From Dickeya dadantii NCPPB 898 (GTDB lineage Bacteria > Pseudomonadota > Gammaproteobacteria > Enterobacterales > Enterobacteriaceae), in assembly GCF_000406145.1 (NCBI RefSeq), contig NZ_CM001976.1:3041337-3073336 (forward strand): DNA of 32,000 bases, written 5' to 3'. The position numbers and the translations under genes were made by a program. Below, one piece after another: positions 1 through 9,958 of the stretch. A model generated the notes under the pieces. The model was not told the DNA's origin, did no database searches, and worked only from the letters and a program-made list of their open reading frames with translations. Position 1 is the first letter of the stretch. Each line of letters starts with the position of its first letter.

Positions 1-548
1 GTAATAGAACCTTTATAGTTTGACGTATTAGTCGGATCGGTAGGATCCCAGGTATTCGTGCTGTCTGACGAGTTCAGACTGGCGATGATCGACGCAGTGC
101 TGGTGGCCTTGGCCGACATGGTGGTTTCCGGAATGCTCAAACCGACCGGATCCGCGCCCTGCTGAATCGCTGGCGGCGTCCCGGTAGCCGGGTAGCCGGT
201 CAGTTGCAAACCCTGCGCGTTAACGATGTTACGGCTGCTATCCAGCGTGAACTGGCCGTTACGGCTATATACGACGCTGCCATTGCTATTGAGCAGACGG
301 TAAAAACCATTACCGTTGATTGCCACATCTAATGAACGAGAGGTACTGGTGATAGAACCGTTGCTGAAATCCTGCAGTACGGATGCAACCCGGGTCCCCA
401 GGCCTACGTTGGAGCCGGCATACATATCGGCGAAAGAGATATTACTGGCCTTGAAACCAACGGTAGCGGAGTTGGCAATGTTGTTGCCAATCACGTCCAG
501 ATTGTTAGAGGCAGCGTTTAAACCACTGACCGCCTGAGAAAAGCTCAT
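1..548 (-). CDS. flgE: Flagellar hook protein FlgE, N-terminal ~182 codons (gene continues past the left edge)
   Basis: Absent from the ORF track because the window edge truncates it. The reverse complement from ATG at 548-546 reads MSFSQAVSGLNAASNNLDVIGNNIANSATVGFK..., nearly identical to the enterobacterial FlgE N-terminus. A GGAG Shine-Dalgarno lies upstream (caGGAGagcactATG). It sits directly downstream of flgD. Confidence 0.9.
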   Translation of the reverse strand, partial: MSFSQAVSGLNAASNNLDVIGNNIANSATVGFKASNISFADMYAGSNVGLGTRVASVLQDFSNGSITSTSRSLDVAINGNGFYRLLNSNGSVVYSRNGQFTLDSSRNIVNAQGLQLTGYPATGTPPAIQQGADPVGLSIPETTMSAKATSTASIIASLNSSDSTNTWDPTDPTNTSNYKGSI

Positions 549-614
549 AGTGCTCTCCTGAATATTGATGAACTGTTATTCACTAAAAAGTGACGCGCGT
601 TATATCCGTAACTG

Positions 615-1286
615 CTACAAAATCTGACGTACGTTATCCAGCGTGGACTGGCCGCTCAGGCCCAGATCCAGTAATGCTCCGCTGCTGTTGGTAACCACAC
701 CATTCACGTACGCGTAGTTCAGAGCCTCTACTACCTGCTGAGTCCCATTTGAGGTAGCGGAAACAGAGATTGTATAAGCACCATCTGGCGCGGTGGTACC
801 GTCAGAGGCCTTGCCATCCCAGGAATAGGCATGAACCCCGGCGCTCAATGAACCCAGTTCCATACTGCGAACTACTTTGCCGGAGCTATCGGTGATATTG
901 ACGGTAACGTTCTCCGCCGCATTTTCCAGCTCAACGCCGAACGGCGTAGTCGTTTCATTGCCCACCAACACTTTGGTGCCCGGCACCAGCACGCCATGAC
1001 CAATCAATGATGCAGCCTGAATGGACTGGTTACTGTTGATTTGCGTAGAAATGGATCCCAGAGTGGTATTCAGCTTCTCGATGCCGCTCACCGTGTTTAA
1101 CTGAGCCAGCTGAGAGACCAACTGGTTGTTATCCATCGGGTTGGTTGGATCCTGATTTTTCAGCTGGGCAACCAGCAAAGTCAGGAAGCTATTCTGTAAA
1201 TCGGCACTGCTACTTCCGCTGATAGATGATGATGTCGATGTGGACGATGTACTTTGGACGTCACTGACAGAAGAGGTGGTAGCCAT
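615..1286 (-). CDS. flgD: Flagellar hook capping/assembly protein FlgD
   Basis: 223-aa ORF collinear with E. coli FlgD. It contains ADLQNSFLTLLVAQLKNQDPTNPM and a C-terminal ...LLDLG...TLDNVRQIL. Synteny is flgC-flgD-flgE. Confidence 0.95.
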   Translation of the reverse strand: MATTSSVSDVQSTSSTSTSSSISGSSSADLQNSFLTLLVAQLKNQDPTNPMDNNQLVSQLAQLNTVSGIEKLNTTLGSISTQINSNQSIQAASLIGHGVLVPGTKVLVGNETTTPFGVELENAAENVTVNITDSSGKVVRSMELGSLSAGVHAYSWDGKASDGTTAPDGAYTISVSATSNGTQQVVEALNYAYVNGVVTNSSGALLDLGLSGQSTLDNVRQIL

Positions 1287-1298
1287 GAGTTCTCCAGA

Positions 1299-1703
1299 TT
1301 ACTGACCAATGGTTAATGTCTTCAGCATCATCGATTTTGTGGTATTCAATACTTCCACGTTCGCCTGATAGCTTCGGGACGCCGAAATGGTGTTAACCAT
1401 TTCATTGACGGGATCCACATTCGGCATGCGGACATAGCCTTTGGCATCGGCCAGCGGATTTCCCGGCTGATAAACCAGTTTTTCCGGAGAAGGATCTTCG
1501 ACCACTTTGGCGACCTTAACACCGCCAGTCGCCTGCCCCGGCGCTGCATCAACCTCAAAAACCACCTGCTTGGCGCGATAGGGCTGGCCGTCGGGGCCCG
1601 TAACGCTGTCGGCGTTGGCCAGGTTACTGGCGCTGACGTTAAGGCGTTGAGACTGGGCAGAAAGCGCCGAGCCGGAAATATCGAAAATATTAAGTAACGA
1701 CAT
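1299..1703 (-). CDS. flgC: Flagellar basal-body rod protein FlgC
   Basis: 134 aa. It has the rod-family N-terminal motif ([24 protein letters not shown]) and C-terminal motif ([26 protein letters not shown]). The size matches FlgC. Confidence 0.96.
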   Translation of the reverse strand: MSLLNIFDISGSALSAQSQRLNVSASNLANADSVTGPDGQPYRAKQVVFEVDAAPGQATGGVKVAKVVEDPSPEKLVYQPGNPLADAKGYVRMPNVDPVNEMVNTISASRSYQANVEVLNTTKSMMLKTLTIGQ

Positions 1704-1736
1704 GAGACATCAACCTTATAGTTGTCGCCAATGCTG

Positions 1737-2156
1737 TTATGATGACCCGGACTGAAGTACCGACATCATCCCTTTGATCTGCCCGCCGATGAGCGTCAGG
1801 CTGCTCTGATACTTGAGGCTGTTATCCGCGAAGTTGGTACGCTCGCGATCCATATCGACCGTGTTTCCATCAAGAGCCGGCTGAGTCGGGACACGATAAA
1901 GCAGATCAAGTTCGGGCGGCTGTACTGTCTGAGCGGGAATATGACGTGCAGACGTCAGGCTCAGCGATACGGATTGACCGCTGGCACGCCCTTGCTCCAT
2001 GACCTTGTTCAGTTCGCTGGCAAAATCAATGTCACGCGCCTGATAACCAGGAGTATCCGCGTTGGCAATGTTGGCAGCCAGAATCTCCTGACGCTGGGCA
2101 CGGAGATTCAATGCTTCTTGCTGAAACCGTAGCGCGGTATCCAATTTATCGAGCAT
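1737..2156 (-). CDS. flgB: Flagellar basal-body rod protein FlgB
   Basis: 139 aa. It carries the N-terminal rod motif [15 protein letters not shown] and is the first gene of the flgB operon, divergent from flgA. Confidence 0.95.
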   Translation of the reverse strand: MLDKLDTALRFQQEALNLRAQRQEILAANIANADTPGYQARDIDFASELNKVMEQGRASGQSVSLSLTSARHIPAQTVQPPELDLLYRVPTQPALDGNTVDMDRERTNFADNSLKYQSSLTLIGGQIKGMMSVLQSGSS

Positions 2157-2213
2157 GCTCCCTCCGCAATTTAAACTTTAGTGCTGGTAGGATAATTCTC
2201 ATCCTGTAAAAAT

Positions 2214-2256
2214 CATCGCAAGAATAGACATAAAATGAAGCGCTATTTATTGCCTT
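2214..2256 (-). promoter_or_regulatory. Candidate FlhD4C2 binding site in the divergent flgB/flgA promoter region
   Basis: The minus strand reads AAGGCAATAAATAGCG-(11 nt)-GTCTATTCTTGCGATG. I compared it with the published FlhD4C2 consensus, an inverted repeat of AA(C/T)G(C/G)N2-3AAATA(A/G)CG with a 10-11 nt spacer. The first half has one mismatch. The second half matches about 10 of 13 specified positions. The centre lies ~79 bp upstream of the flgB ATG. Confidence 0.45.
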
Positions 2257-2322
2257 AACTGTAAGCAAGTACCGTTACACTAATAGCGTGAAATTAACCG
2301 GTTTTTGGAGAGCGTAAGACTG

Positions 2323-2991
2323 ATGCCGGATATCAGAAAATACATACAGTTATCGATTTTGGGCATCCTGTTTGCCCCGGTACTGGTGAATGCTGCCGAT
2401 CTTGCATCACAAATTTCCCGTTTCTTTTCGGATAATTTTAAAGGTTCATCCAATACGATTAATGTGGTGGTGAAGACGCCTGAGGCCCAATGGCTCGACT
2501 GTGAAAATCCGCAAATTTCACTGCCGGGTAATGCCAAAATGTGGGGCAATCTTTCGGTGTCTGTGCGCTGTAGCCAAGAGCGGCGTTTTGTTCAGGTTGA
2601 AGTACAGGTTACTGGGAACTATGTGGTCGCCGCAGCGCCTATCGGCCGGGGAGCTGAGCTGACATCCGGCGATATTCGAACCATCCGCGGCAGGATCGAT
2701 CAACTTCCTCCCCGTGCTTTGTTCACCCCGGAAGAGGCCCAAGGCGCGGTGGCGTTGCGGGATATCGCGCCAGGTCAGGCCCTTACCCAGGTCATGATTA
2801 GGAAACCCTGGGTGATCCGTGCCGGGCAAAACGTGCAGATTCTGGCCCAGGGGGATGGCTTTAGCGTACGTAGCGAAGGAAAGGCCATGAACAATGCGGC
2901 TTCAGGTCAGTCTGCCAGAGCCCGCACGGCTTCAGGGCAGGTTGTATCCGGCATCGCCACCGACGATGGGATTATTCTGATCTCGCAATAA
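2323..2991 (+). CDS. flgA: Flagellar P-ring assembly chaperone FlgA
   Basis: The track ORF starts at TTG 2305. ATG 2323 gives MPDIRKYIQLSILGILFAPVLVNA, a signal peptide that aligns with the E. coli FlgA start. The GNYVVAA...GDGF...GQVVSG motifs are conserved. Confidence 0.92.
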   Translation: MPDIRKYIQLSILGILFAPVLVNAADLASQISRFFSDNFKGSSNTINVVVKTPEAQWLDCENPQISLPGNAKMWGNLSVSVRCSQERRFVQVEVQVTGNYVVAAAPIGRGAELTSGDIRTIRGRIDQLPPRALFTPEEAQGAVALRDIAPGQALTQVMIRKPWVIRAGQNVQILAQGDGFSVRSEGKAMNNAASGQSARARTASGQVVSGIATDDGIILISQ

Positions 2992-2996
2992 TTTGC

Positions 2997-3023
2997 TAAA
3001 GTAATGCTCAATGCTGCCGATAT
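2997..3023 (+). promoter_or_regulatory. Sigma28 (FliA) class 3 promoter for flgMN
   Basis: TAAAGTAA-(11 nt: tgctcaatgct)-GCCGATAT against the consensus TAAAGTTT-N11-GCCGATAA. It lies 113 bp upstream of the flgM ATG. Confidence 0.8.
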
Positions 3024-3135
3024 GATGTACATAGTCGCTGATGATATACTGGTTAAATAAATGCCAGCTTTAGATGGTGTTAACCATCTCATTGATTATC
3101 ATCATTTATATTTTTCATGACGCGAGCACACTACC

Positions 3136-3435
3136 ATGAGCATTGATCGGACCCAGTCAGTCAAACCGGTAAGCCAGGTTCAACCCCGGGATACCGGCGA
3201 CGTAGCAAAATTGAAGCGGAAGGAAGAAACAGGGCAGCAAAGCGGTGTGACCGGAACTCAGGTTAAACTGAGCGATGCACAGTCCAAGCTGATGCAACCG
3301 TCGTCGCAGGACATCGATATGCAGCGCGTGGAAACCCTGAAGCAGGCTATTCGTGACGGCTCATTAAAAATGAACGTTGGTAAAATTGCCGATGCATTAA
3401 TTAAAGATGCTCAGGACTTAATCTCAGGCGACTAA
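3136..3435 (+). CDS. flgM: Anti-sigma-28 factor FlgM
   Basis: 99 aa. MSIDRTQSVKPVSQVQPR... and ...LKQAIRDGSLKMNVGKIADALIKDAQ are collinear with E. coli/Salmonella FlgM. Confidence 0.95.
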   Translation: MSIDRTQSVKPVSQVQPRDTGDVAKLKRKEETGQQSGVTGTQVKLSDAQSKLMQPSSQDIDMQRVETLKQAIRDGSLKMNVGKIADALIKDAQDLISGD

Positions 3436-3439
3436 CCCT

Positions 3440-3877
3440 ATGGAAAAACTTGTAAAGCTGCTGGAGCAACTTCTGTTCAACATGCGTGAACTTGAAGCTG
3501 TGCTGTCTGATGAGCAGTTGTTGCTCTGCGCAGGCCATGTTGATGGGCCAGCTCTGCAAGTGGTTACCGATAAAAAGGGTTCTTTATTATCGACTATCCA
3601 GCATTTGGATAAAATTCGCCTGCAGGGAGAATCAGTGTTGCGTGTGAAAGCACCTTATTCTAACCATGCCGCCCTGGAGCAAACCTGGCAACAGATCACC
3701 GCGTTAAGTGAGTCACTGCGCGATAAAAACCAGCACAACGGCTTACTGCTTGGTTATCATCTCGATCATAATGAAAAAGCGTTGGCGGTGCTGAAACCTC
3801 GTCACGCACAGTCTCTGTACGGGCCGGACGGCCAATCTCGCAGCAATTCGATTTCTGGTCGGCGAATCAGTATCTGA
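3440..3877 (+). CDS. flgN: Flagellar export chaperone FlgN (for FlgK/FlgL)
   Basis: 145 aa. It contains ...LRDKNQHNGLLLGYHLDHNEKALAVLKP...LYGPDGQ, collinear with E. coli FlgN, and sits 4 nt after flgM. Confidence 0.93.
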   Translation: MEKLVKLLEQLLFNMRELEAVLSDEQLLLCAGHVDGPALQVVTDKKGSLLSTIQHLDKIRLQGESVLRVKAPYSNHAALEQTWQQITALSESLRDKNQHNGLLLGYHLDHNEKALAVLKPRHAQSLYGPDGQSRSNSISGRRISI

Positions 3878-3947
3878 TTTGGTTTGAGCCAGTCGGTTTA
3901 CTCACATATCTAGTCGTAGAAATGCCAGTGCATATCATCGTAATGCA

Positions 3948-4370
3948 CTATTTATAGTTCACCGATATTTCATTGGATGCCACATCCACCGACGTAACCA
4001 TCCGCCCGCTTCCGGGTACATAGAACAACATCCTAAACTCGCTGTTGGCAGGTACGCCCTGCAATCCGTAGGTTTGCCCGCTGGCGCCATCCAGATTGAC
4101 GCAACGATTAGCAGCGCAAAGCTTGACGGCAAGATCTATCGGGGCCGGAGATTTCAGTTGGTATCGCCAGTAGATTACCGTCACGGACTGGGCTGCCGTT
4201 ACGCCCAATCCCGAGGGAGGAAGTAGCGCCGGCGAAGAAGCCAGCGCCCCCTTGTATTGAAATGATGGCCCGGTCAGGTTTGTATTCCACCCGCCTTGTT
4301 GAGCGTGGGCGCTGAATGAAAACGCCCCTGCCGCTAAACTAATAAAACCGGCTATCAACACTTTCTTCAT
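3948..4370 (-). CDS. flhE: Flagellar protein FlhE (periplasmic, signal peptide)
   Basis: 140 aa with a signal peptide. WRYQL...LCAANRCVNLDG...ISVNYK aligns with E. coli FlhE (WRYEL...LCSQSRCVELDG...VIVNYR). Its start shares one nt with the flhA stop. Confidence 0.9.
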   Translation of the reverse strand: MKKVLIAGFISLAAGAFSFSAHAQQGGWNTNLTGPSFQYKGALASSPALLPPSGLGVTAAQSVTVIYWRYQLKSPAPIDLAVKLCAANRCVNLDGASGQTYGLQGVPANSEFRMLFYVPGSGRMVTSVDVASNEISVNYK

Positions 4371-6457
4371 CAGGAAGACTCACCAATCATCGACGTCATT
4401 CTGATCTGCCGGCTATCGCTGATCTCAAGGTTCGACAATACCGCAATTTGCGGCAGACTGCGGCGCAGAAAACGTGACAATAATCCGCGCAGTGCGTGGT
4501 TAACCAGCAACACCGGCGGTGCTCCCAGCATTTCCTGTCGTTGTAATGCCTGTTTTGCCTGCTCCAGCAATCTGTCGCTCAATCCAGGTTCCAGTCCACC
4601 GCCGCCCTGAAGCGCCTGTAGCAACAGACGCTCCAGCGCACTATCAAGGCCAATCACCTGCAGTTCCGTATCGCCCGGGAACCACTGTTGCGTGATAGCC
4701 CGCCCCAGCGCAATACGCACCGCGGTAGTCAGTTCATAGGGATCGGTTTGCACCGGTGCCTGTTCGGCCAGTGTTTCAATAACCGTGCGCATGTCCCGAA
4801 TCGAAACCTGTTCGCTCAACAGATTCTGCAGCACCTTGTGCAGGGTCGTTAAGGTCACCACGCCCGGAATAAAGTCTTCGGTCAGCTTCGGCATTTCCTG
4901 AGACACACGGTCCATCAATTGCTGCGCTTCCTGGCGACCGAACAACTCACTGGCATGCAGACTGAGTAAATGATTCAGGTGCGTAGCCACGACCGTGCTG
5001 GCCTCAACCACGGTGTACCCCTGTGTTTGCGCCTGCTCTTTCAGCGCACTTTCAATCCAGATCGCAGGCAAGCCAAAAGCGGGGTCTTTCGTCAAATCCC
5101 CTGGCAAGGTGCCTACCGCATTGCCGGGGTTAATCGCCATCCAGCGCCCCGGATGGGCTTCTCCGCTGCCGATCTCAACCCCTTTCATCAGGATACGATA
5201 GCTGGCCGGTTGCAGATCCAGATTGTCCCGAATGTGCACCACCGGGGGCAGAAAGCCCATTTCCTGAGCAAATTTCTTTCTGATACTACGAATACGCCCG
5301 AGCAACTCGCCATTTTGCTGAAAGTCGACCATCGGAATCAGGCGGTACCCTACTTCCATGCCAAGCGGATCTTCCAGTTGTACATCAGACCAACTGGCCT
5401 CCACCACCTGCGGTGCAGCAGGTGCCGTAGCCGCCGCTTCATTCGCCGCAAACTCCGCTTTGCTTTCTCCTTTCTTCATCCACCAGGCCAACCCTAACAA
5501 CGCGCCGGTGAAAAGCAGGAAAACAAAGTTAGGCATGCCGGGGACCAAACCGATCAGCCCCAACACCCCGGCGCTCAGGATCATGACGCGCGGGTTATTG
5601 AACAGCTGAGTCACCATCTGCTGGCCAACATCCTGATCGGTACTGACGCGAGTCACGATCACACCGGCCGCGGTTGAAATCACCAGAGCAGGGATTTGCG
5701 CCACCAGACCATCACCGATGGTCAACAGCGTGTAGTTCTCAACCGCCTGCCCCAGCACCATATCATGCTGAACTACCCCTACCAGCAGCCCACCAATGAT
5801 GTTGATAGCCATAATCATCAGCCCGGCGACGGCGTCACCTCGCACGAACTTACTGGCACCATCCATAGAGCCGTAGAAATCCGCCTCCTGGGTTACTTCA
5901 GAACGCCGCTTCTTGGCTTCATCTTCACCGATCAACCCGGCATTCAGGTCGGCATCGATGGCCATTTGCTTACCCGGCATACCGTCCAACGTAAAGCGCG
6001 CGCCCACCTCAGCGATACGGCCAGCACCCTTCGTGATAACCATAAAGTTGATCAGCACCAGGATAATGAACACCACAATACCGATAGCGAAGTTGCCGCC
6101 GACCAGGAAATGGCCGAATGCTTCAACCACACGTCCGGCGGCGCCGGCGCCGGTATGCCCATCCATCAGAATGACACGTGTCGATGCCACGTTGAGCGAC
6201 AGACGCAACAGCGTGGAAAACAGCAGGATGGTGGGAAAGGCGGCAAAATCGAGTGTGCGCTGGGTAAACATGGCGACCAGCAGCACCATGATGGACAGTG
6301 CGATGTTGAACGTAAACAGCAAGTCCAGAACAAACGGTGGCAACGGCAGAACCATCATCGACAAGATGAGCAATATCAGAACAGGTCCTGCCAAAATCTG
6401 CCATTGTGAACCTTTCATATTGCCTGGTAGGCGAAGCAAAGAGGCCAGATTAGCCAT
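4370..6457 (-). CDS. flhA: Flagellar type III export apparatus protein FlhA
   Basis: The track ORF extends to 6490. ATG 6457 (MANLASLLRLPGNMKGSQWQILAGP...) aligns with the E. coli FlhA start and gives 695 aa. It overlaps the flhB stop by 8 nt (ATGGCTAA). Similarity to E. coli FlhA is near-complete over the whole length. Confidence 0.97.
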   Translation of the reverse strand: MANLASLLRLPGNMKGSQWQILAGPVLILLILSMMVLPLPPFVLDLLFTFNIALSIMVLLVAMFTQRTLDFAAFPTILLFSTLLRLSLNVASTRVILMDGHTGAGAAGRVVEAFGHFLVGGNFAIGIVVFIILVLINFMVITKGAGRIAEVGARFTLDGMPGKQMAIDADLNAGLIGEDEAKKRRSEVTQEADFYGSMDGASKFVRGDAVAGLMIMAINIIGGLLVGVVQHDMVLGQAVENYTLLTIGDGLVAQIPALVISTAAGVIVTRVSTDQDVGQQMVTQLFNNPRVMILSAGVLGLIGLVPGMPNFVFLLFTGALLGLAWWMKKGESKAEFAANEAAATAPAAPQVVEASWSDVQLEDPLGMEVGYRLIPMVDFQQNGELLGRIRSIRKKFAQEMGFLPPVVHIRDNLDLQPASYRILMKGVEIGSGEAHPGRWMAINPGNAVGTLPGDLTKDPAFGLPAIWIESALKEQAQTQGYTVVEASTVVATHLNHLLSLHASELFGRQEAQQLMDRVSQEMPKLTEDFIPGVVTLTTLHKVLQNLLSEQVSIRDMRTVIETLAEQAPVQTDPYELTTAVRIALGRAITQQWFPGDTELQVIGLDSALERLLLQALQGGGGLEPGLSDRLLEQAKQALQRQEMLGAPPVLLVNHALRGLLSRFLRRSLPQIAVLSNLEISDSRQIRMTSMIGESS

Positions 6458-7601
6458 CGGTTGTTTTCTCTTTAGAAAAATCCAGTGCATCCGGCACAGG
6501 TAAGTTTTTAGGTTTACGCGGTATCAAACCGCCTTCACGTTTCCAGCGCTTGAGCTGGTAGACCCAGGAAAGCACTTCAGCAACCGCCGCATATAGTCCG
6601 GTAGGAATGTGATGCCCGATCTCAGTATGGCGGTAAAGGGCTCGCGCCAGCGGTGGTGCTTCCAGAATCGGGATACGATGCTCTGACCCCAGTTCACGAA
6701 TGCGCAGCGCTATCTGATCGGCGCCTTTTGCCAGCACCTTGGGCGCATGCATTTTTTTCTCATCATACTTTAGTGCAACGGCATAGTGGGTCGGGTTGGT
6801 AACAATCACATCCGCTTTCGGCACATCCGCCATCATTCGGCGCTGGGCCATCGCACGCTGCTGTTGACGAACACGGCCTTTGACATGCGGATCCCCTTCA
6901 TGTTCTTTGTATTCGTCGCGAATTTCCTGCTTGCTCATACGCAGCCGCTTAATATGGCTCCATATCTGCCAGCCCACGTCAAAAGCCACCATGGGAAACA
7001 GCCCCAGAATCACCCAAAAGCAGCACAGGAAAGCAATGTTCAGCGCATCTTTTATCGCGCTCCCCAATGGCTCTGACACAAGGTGCAGCATGCTATTCCA
7101 GTTGTGCTTGAGAAACCAGAAAGTAATGCAGCCGACAATGACGGCTTTGAGGATGGCTTTAAATAATTCGGCCAATACATGAGTTGAAAACATACGTTTC
7201 AACCCCGATAGCGGATTCATTTTACCAAAATCGAAGCTGATCGCCTTGGTGCTAAAAATCAGTCCCCCCAGCAATACCGGCGCAGCCAGGGCAACCAGCA
7301 CCAGACCGAATAAGATGGGAACAAGCGCCATCACCGCCTGCTCGATCAGCGAGCCGACATGGGAAATGATTAACCGCTCATCACTGATGAAGTTATGGTC
7401 AAAGATCAATCCTTTGGCCATCATATCCGTCAACCTGGCAGCCATGCCGGAGCCGCTGCCCCACAAAATCGCCAGGCCGGCGATCAACATAAGCACCGAC
7501 GTCAATTCTCGCGATCGGGGGATCTGACCTTCTTCTCGAGCTTTTTCCGTTCGTTGGGGGGTGGGAGCTTCTGTTTTCTCCAGATCGCTATCGTCTGCCA
7601 C
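6450..7601 (-). CDS. flhB: Flagellar type III export switch protein FlhB
   Basis: 383 aa with a GTG start. It contains EKTEAPTPQRTEKAREEGQIPRSREL and the NPTH autocleavage motif (VIVTNPTHYAVAL). Confidence 0.97.
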   Translation of the reverse strand: MADDSDLEKTEAPTPQRTEKAREEGQIPRSRELTSVLMLIAGLAILWGSGSGMAARLTDMMAKGLIFDHNFISDERLIISHVGSLIEQAVMALVPILFGLVLVALAAPVLLGGLIFSTKAISFDFGKMNPLSGLKRMFSTHVLAELFKAILKAVIVGCITFWFLKHNWNSMLHLVSEPLGSAIKDALNIAFLCCFWVILGLFPMVAFDVGWQIWSHIKRLRMSKQEIRDEYKEHEGDPHVKGRVRQQQRAMAQRRMMADVPKADVIVTNPTHYAVALKYDEKKMHAPKVLAKGADQIALRIRELGSEHRIPILEAPPLARALYRHTEIGHHIPTGLYAAVAEVLSWVYQLKRWKREGGLIPRKPKNLPVPDALDFSKEKTTDG

Positions 7602-7691
7602 TACAGCCGCTCCTGTTAATGCTCGCCGACATAAAGTTATACACCGCTAGCATGACAAATCCGGCAAATCGCGATGGGTAGAAAAAAGGAG

Positions 7692-7720
7692 AAAATAAGC
7701 GGCTATTTATTTTATTGCAT
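7692..7720. promoter_or_regulatory. Motif upstream of flhB resembling the flgAB FlhD4C2 site (class 2 promoter candidate)
   Basis: aaaataagcggctatttattttattgcat shares GCG(G)CTATTTATT...ATTGC with 2232-2256 (aaaatgaagcgctatttattgcc). The fit to the full bipartite FlhD4C2 consensus is poor, so this rests only on the shared motif and the position 90-120 bp upstream of the flhB GTG. Confidence 0.3.
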
Positions 7721-7827
7721 AAGACGGGGCGCAGGAATTTACGATCGAGACACGCCCGATCGTAAACATCCACATACCTTACGCCACGATGCCCACTCAT
7801 ACGGATGCAATGGGTGTCGGGGGAAAA

Positions 7828-8472
7828 TCAGAAACCCAGGCTATCCAACAGGTCATCAACCTGATCCTGGTTAGAAACAATACCTGCAGCGGTTTTATCA
7901 ACCTGGGGCCCATTAAGCAGGCCTTCATTCGCACGACGGGTTTCAGACGGTTTTTCCGGAATGTTTTCCAGCAAGACCATCAGCAGTTGTTTTTCGATTT
8001 CCTGGACAACATCCATCATGCGCTTAATCACTTGTCCGGTTAAATCCTGGAAATCCTGAGCCATCATGATTTCCAGCAACTGCGCATTGGTAAACGCAGT
8101 ATGGTCCGGGACGGATTCGAGGTAGTTACGCGTATCGGTAACCAACTCACGCGCCTCCGACAGTTCAATCGGATTTTCAAACCACTGATCCCAGCGAACC
8201 TTCAGGGATTTAGACTCTTCTTCCAGTTGATTCTGACGCGGTTGAGCTGCTTCAACACAACTCAATGCACGCTCTGCCGCCTGCGCGGTCATCTGGACTA
8301 CATAATCAAGACGATCGCGAGCGTCAGGAATCGCTTCCGCCGCTTCAGTGATCGCCTGATCTAAACCAAGCTCTTTCAGGCTGTCACGCAGCATGCGTGT
8401 CAATTGCCCGATACGAGAAATAATCTCTGTGGCAGACGCATGATCGTTAATGGGCATCGGATGTGGATTCAT
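7828..8472 (-). CDS. cheZ: CheY-P phosphatase CheZ
   Basis: 214 aa. It has the conserved catalytic region ...[14 protein letters not shown]... and the C-terminal CheY-binding peptide ...[14 protein letters not shown]. Confidence 0.96.
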   Translation of the reverse strand: MNPHPMPINDHASATEIISRIGQLTRMLRDSLKELGLDQAITEAAEAIPDARDRLDYVVQMTAQAAERALSCVEAAQPRQNQLEEESKSLKVRWDQWFENPIELSEARELVTDTRNYLESVPDHTAFTNAQLLEIMMAQDFQDLTGQVIKRMMDVVQEIEKQLLMVLLENIPEKPSETRRANEGLLNGPQVDKTAAGIVSNQDQVDDLLDSLGF

Positions 8473-8481
8473 GGCATCTCC

Positions 8482-8892
<411 letters not shown>

Positions 8893-8905
8893 TCACCCGG
8901 AGCTG

Positions 8906-9958
8906 CTATATACGTAATGCCTGTCCGGCAGAAACTTGTGCCAGCATCCGCTGACTCACCTGGTGCAAATCCACCACCTCATCGACACCACCGAGTGCAA
9001 TAGCCTCTCGCGGCATACCGAATACCACACAGCTGGCTTCATTTTGCGCGATCGTATACGCTCCCGCTTTATGAAGCTCCAGCATTCCCGCGGCCCCATC
9101 ATTTCCCATGCCGGTTAGGATTACTCCTACCGCATTTCGCCCGGCGTACTGTGCAACAGAGTGGAACAGTACGTCAACAGAAGGACGATGGCGATTAACC
9201 GGCGGGCCATCATGCAATTTCACCTGATAGTTCGCACCGCTACGCGCCAGTTCAAGGTGGCGGGCACCCGGCGCGATATACGCATGCCCTGGCAGGACAC
9301 GCTCACCGTCTTCGGCCTCTTTCACTGTAATCTGGCACAGTTTATTCAACCGCTCAGCGAAAGATTTGGTAAATCCCGGCGGCATATGCTGAGTAATCAG
9401 CAACGCCGGGCTGGTCGGCGGCAACGGCTGCAAGACATGCCTGATCGCCTCGGTGCCGCCGGTTGAGGCGCCAATCGCGATCAGCTTTTCACTACTGAGC
9501 AACGGTGTGCTGGGAATCAGCACCGTAGGCGCCGGCGCCGCGTTGCGCTGGGGCAAACGTGCCTTGGCAGCCATACGGATCTTTTCCGCAATCAGCTCAC
9601 TGTATGCCAACATTCCTTCGCGAATACCTAACTGAGGCTTGGTCACAAAATCGATCGCCCCGAGCTCAAGCGCCCGCAAAGTAATTTCCGAACCTTTGCC
9701 GGTCAGCGAAGACACCATTACCACTGGCATCGGACGGAGTCGCATTAATTTTTCAAGAAAATCAAGGCCATCCATGCGCGGCATTTCCACGTCGAGCGTC
9801 AACACCTGCGGATTGAACTTCTTGATTAAATCACGAGCCACTAAAGGATCAGGTGCAGTGGCAACCACCTCCATATCGGGATGACTATTAATGATTTCGG
9901 TCATGATCTGACGCATTAACGCAGAATCATCAACACATAATACTTTTATTTTGCTCAT
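8906..9958 (-). CDS. cheB: Chemotaxis methylesterase/glutaminase CheB
   Basis: 350 aa. It has a receiver domain ([12 protein letters not shown]...[11 protein letters not shown]) plus a methylesterase domain (IGASTGG, GMGNDGA). Its start shares one nt with the cheR stop (TAATG). Confidence 0.97.
   Translation of the reverse strand: MSKIKVLCVDDSALMRQIMTEIINSHPDMEVVATAPDPLVARDLIKKFNPQVLTLDVEMPRMDGLDFLEKLMRLRPMPVVMVSSLTGKGSEITLRALELGAIDFVTKPQLGIREGMLAYSELIAEKIRMAAKARLPQRNAAPAPTVLIPSTPLLSSEKLIAIGASTGGTEAIRHVLQPLPPTSPALLITQHMPPGFTKSFAERLNKLCQITVKEAEDGERVLPGHAYIAPGARHLELARSGANYQVKLHDGPPVNRHRPSVDVLFHSVAQYAGRNAVGVILTGMGNDGAAGMLELHKAGAYTIAQNEASCVVFGMPREAIALGGVDEVVDLHQVSQRMLAQVSAGQALRI

Noticed and set aside
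5696-6503. Long plus-strand ORFs (237 aa and 196 aa) antisense to flhA
   Set aside because: They lie entirely within the strongly supported flhA gene. They are His/Gln/Arg-rich low-complexity translations, typical of antisense frames of GC-rich membrane-protein genes.
7588-7874. 70-aa and 66-aa ORFs in the cheZ-flhB spacer, and a hairpin ACGATCG-N9-CGATCGT (7741-7763)
   Set aside because: The ORFs span the class 2 promoter region and have no coding signal. The hairpin lacks a U-tract, so I did not call it as the cheZ terminator.
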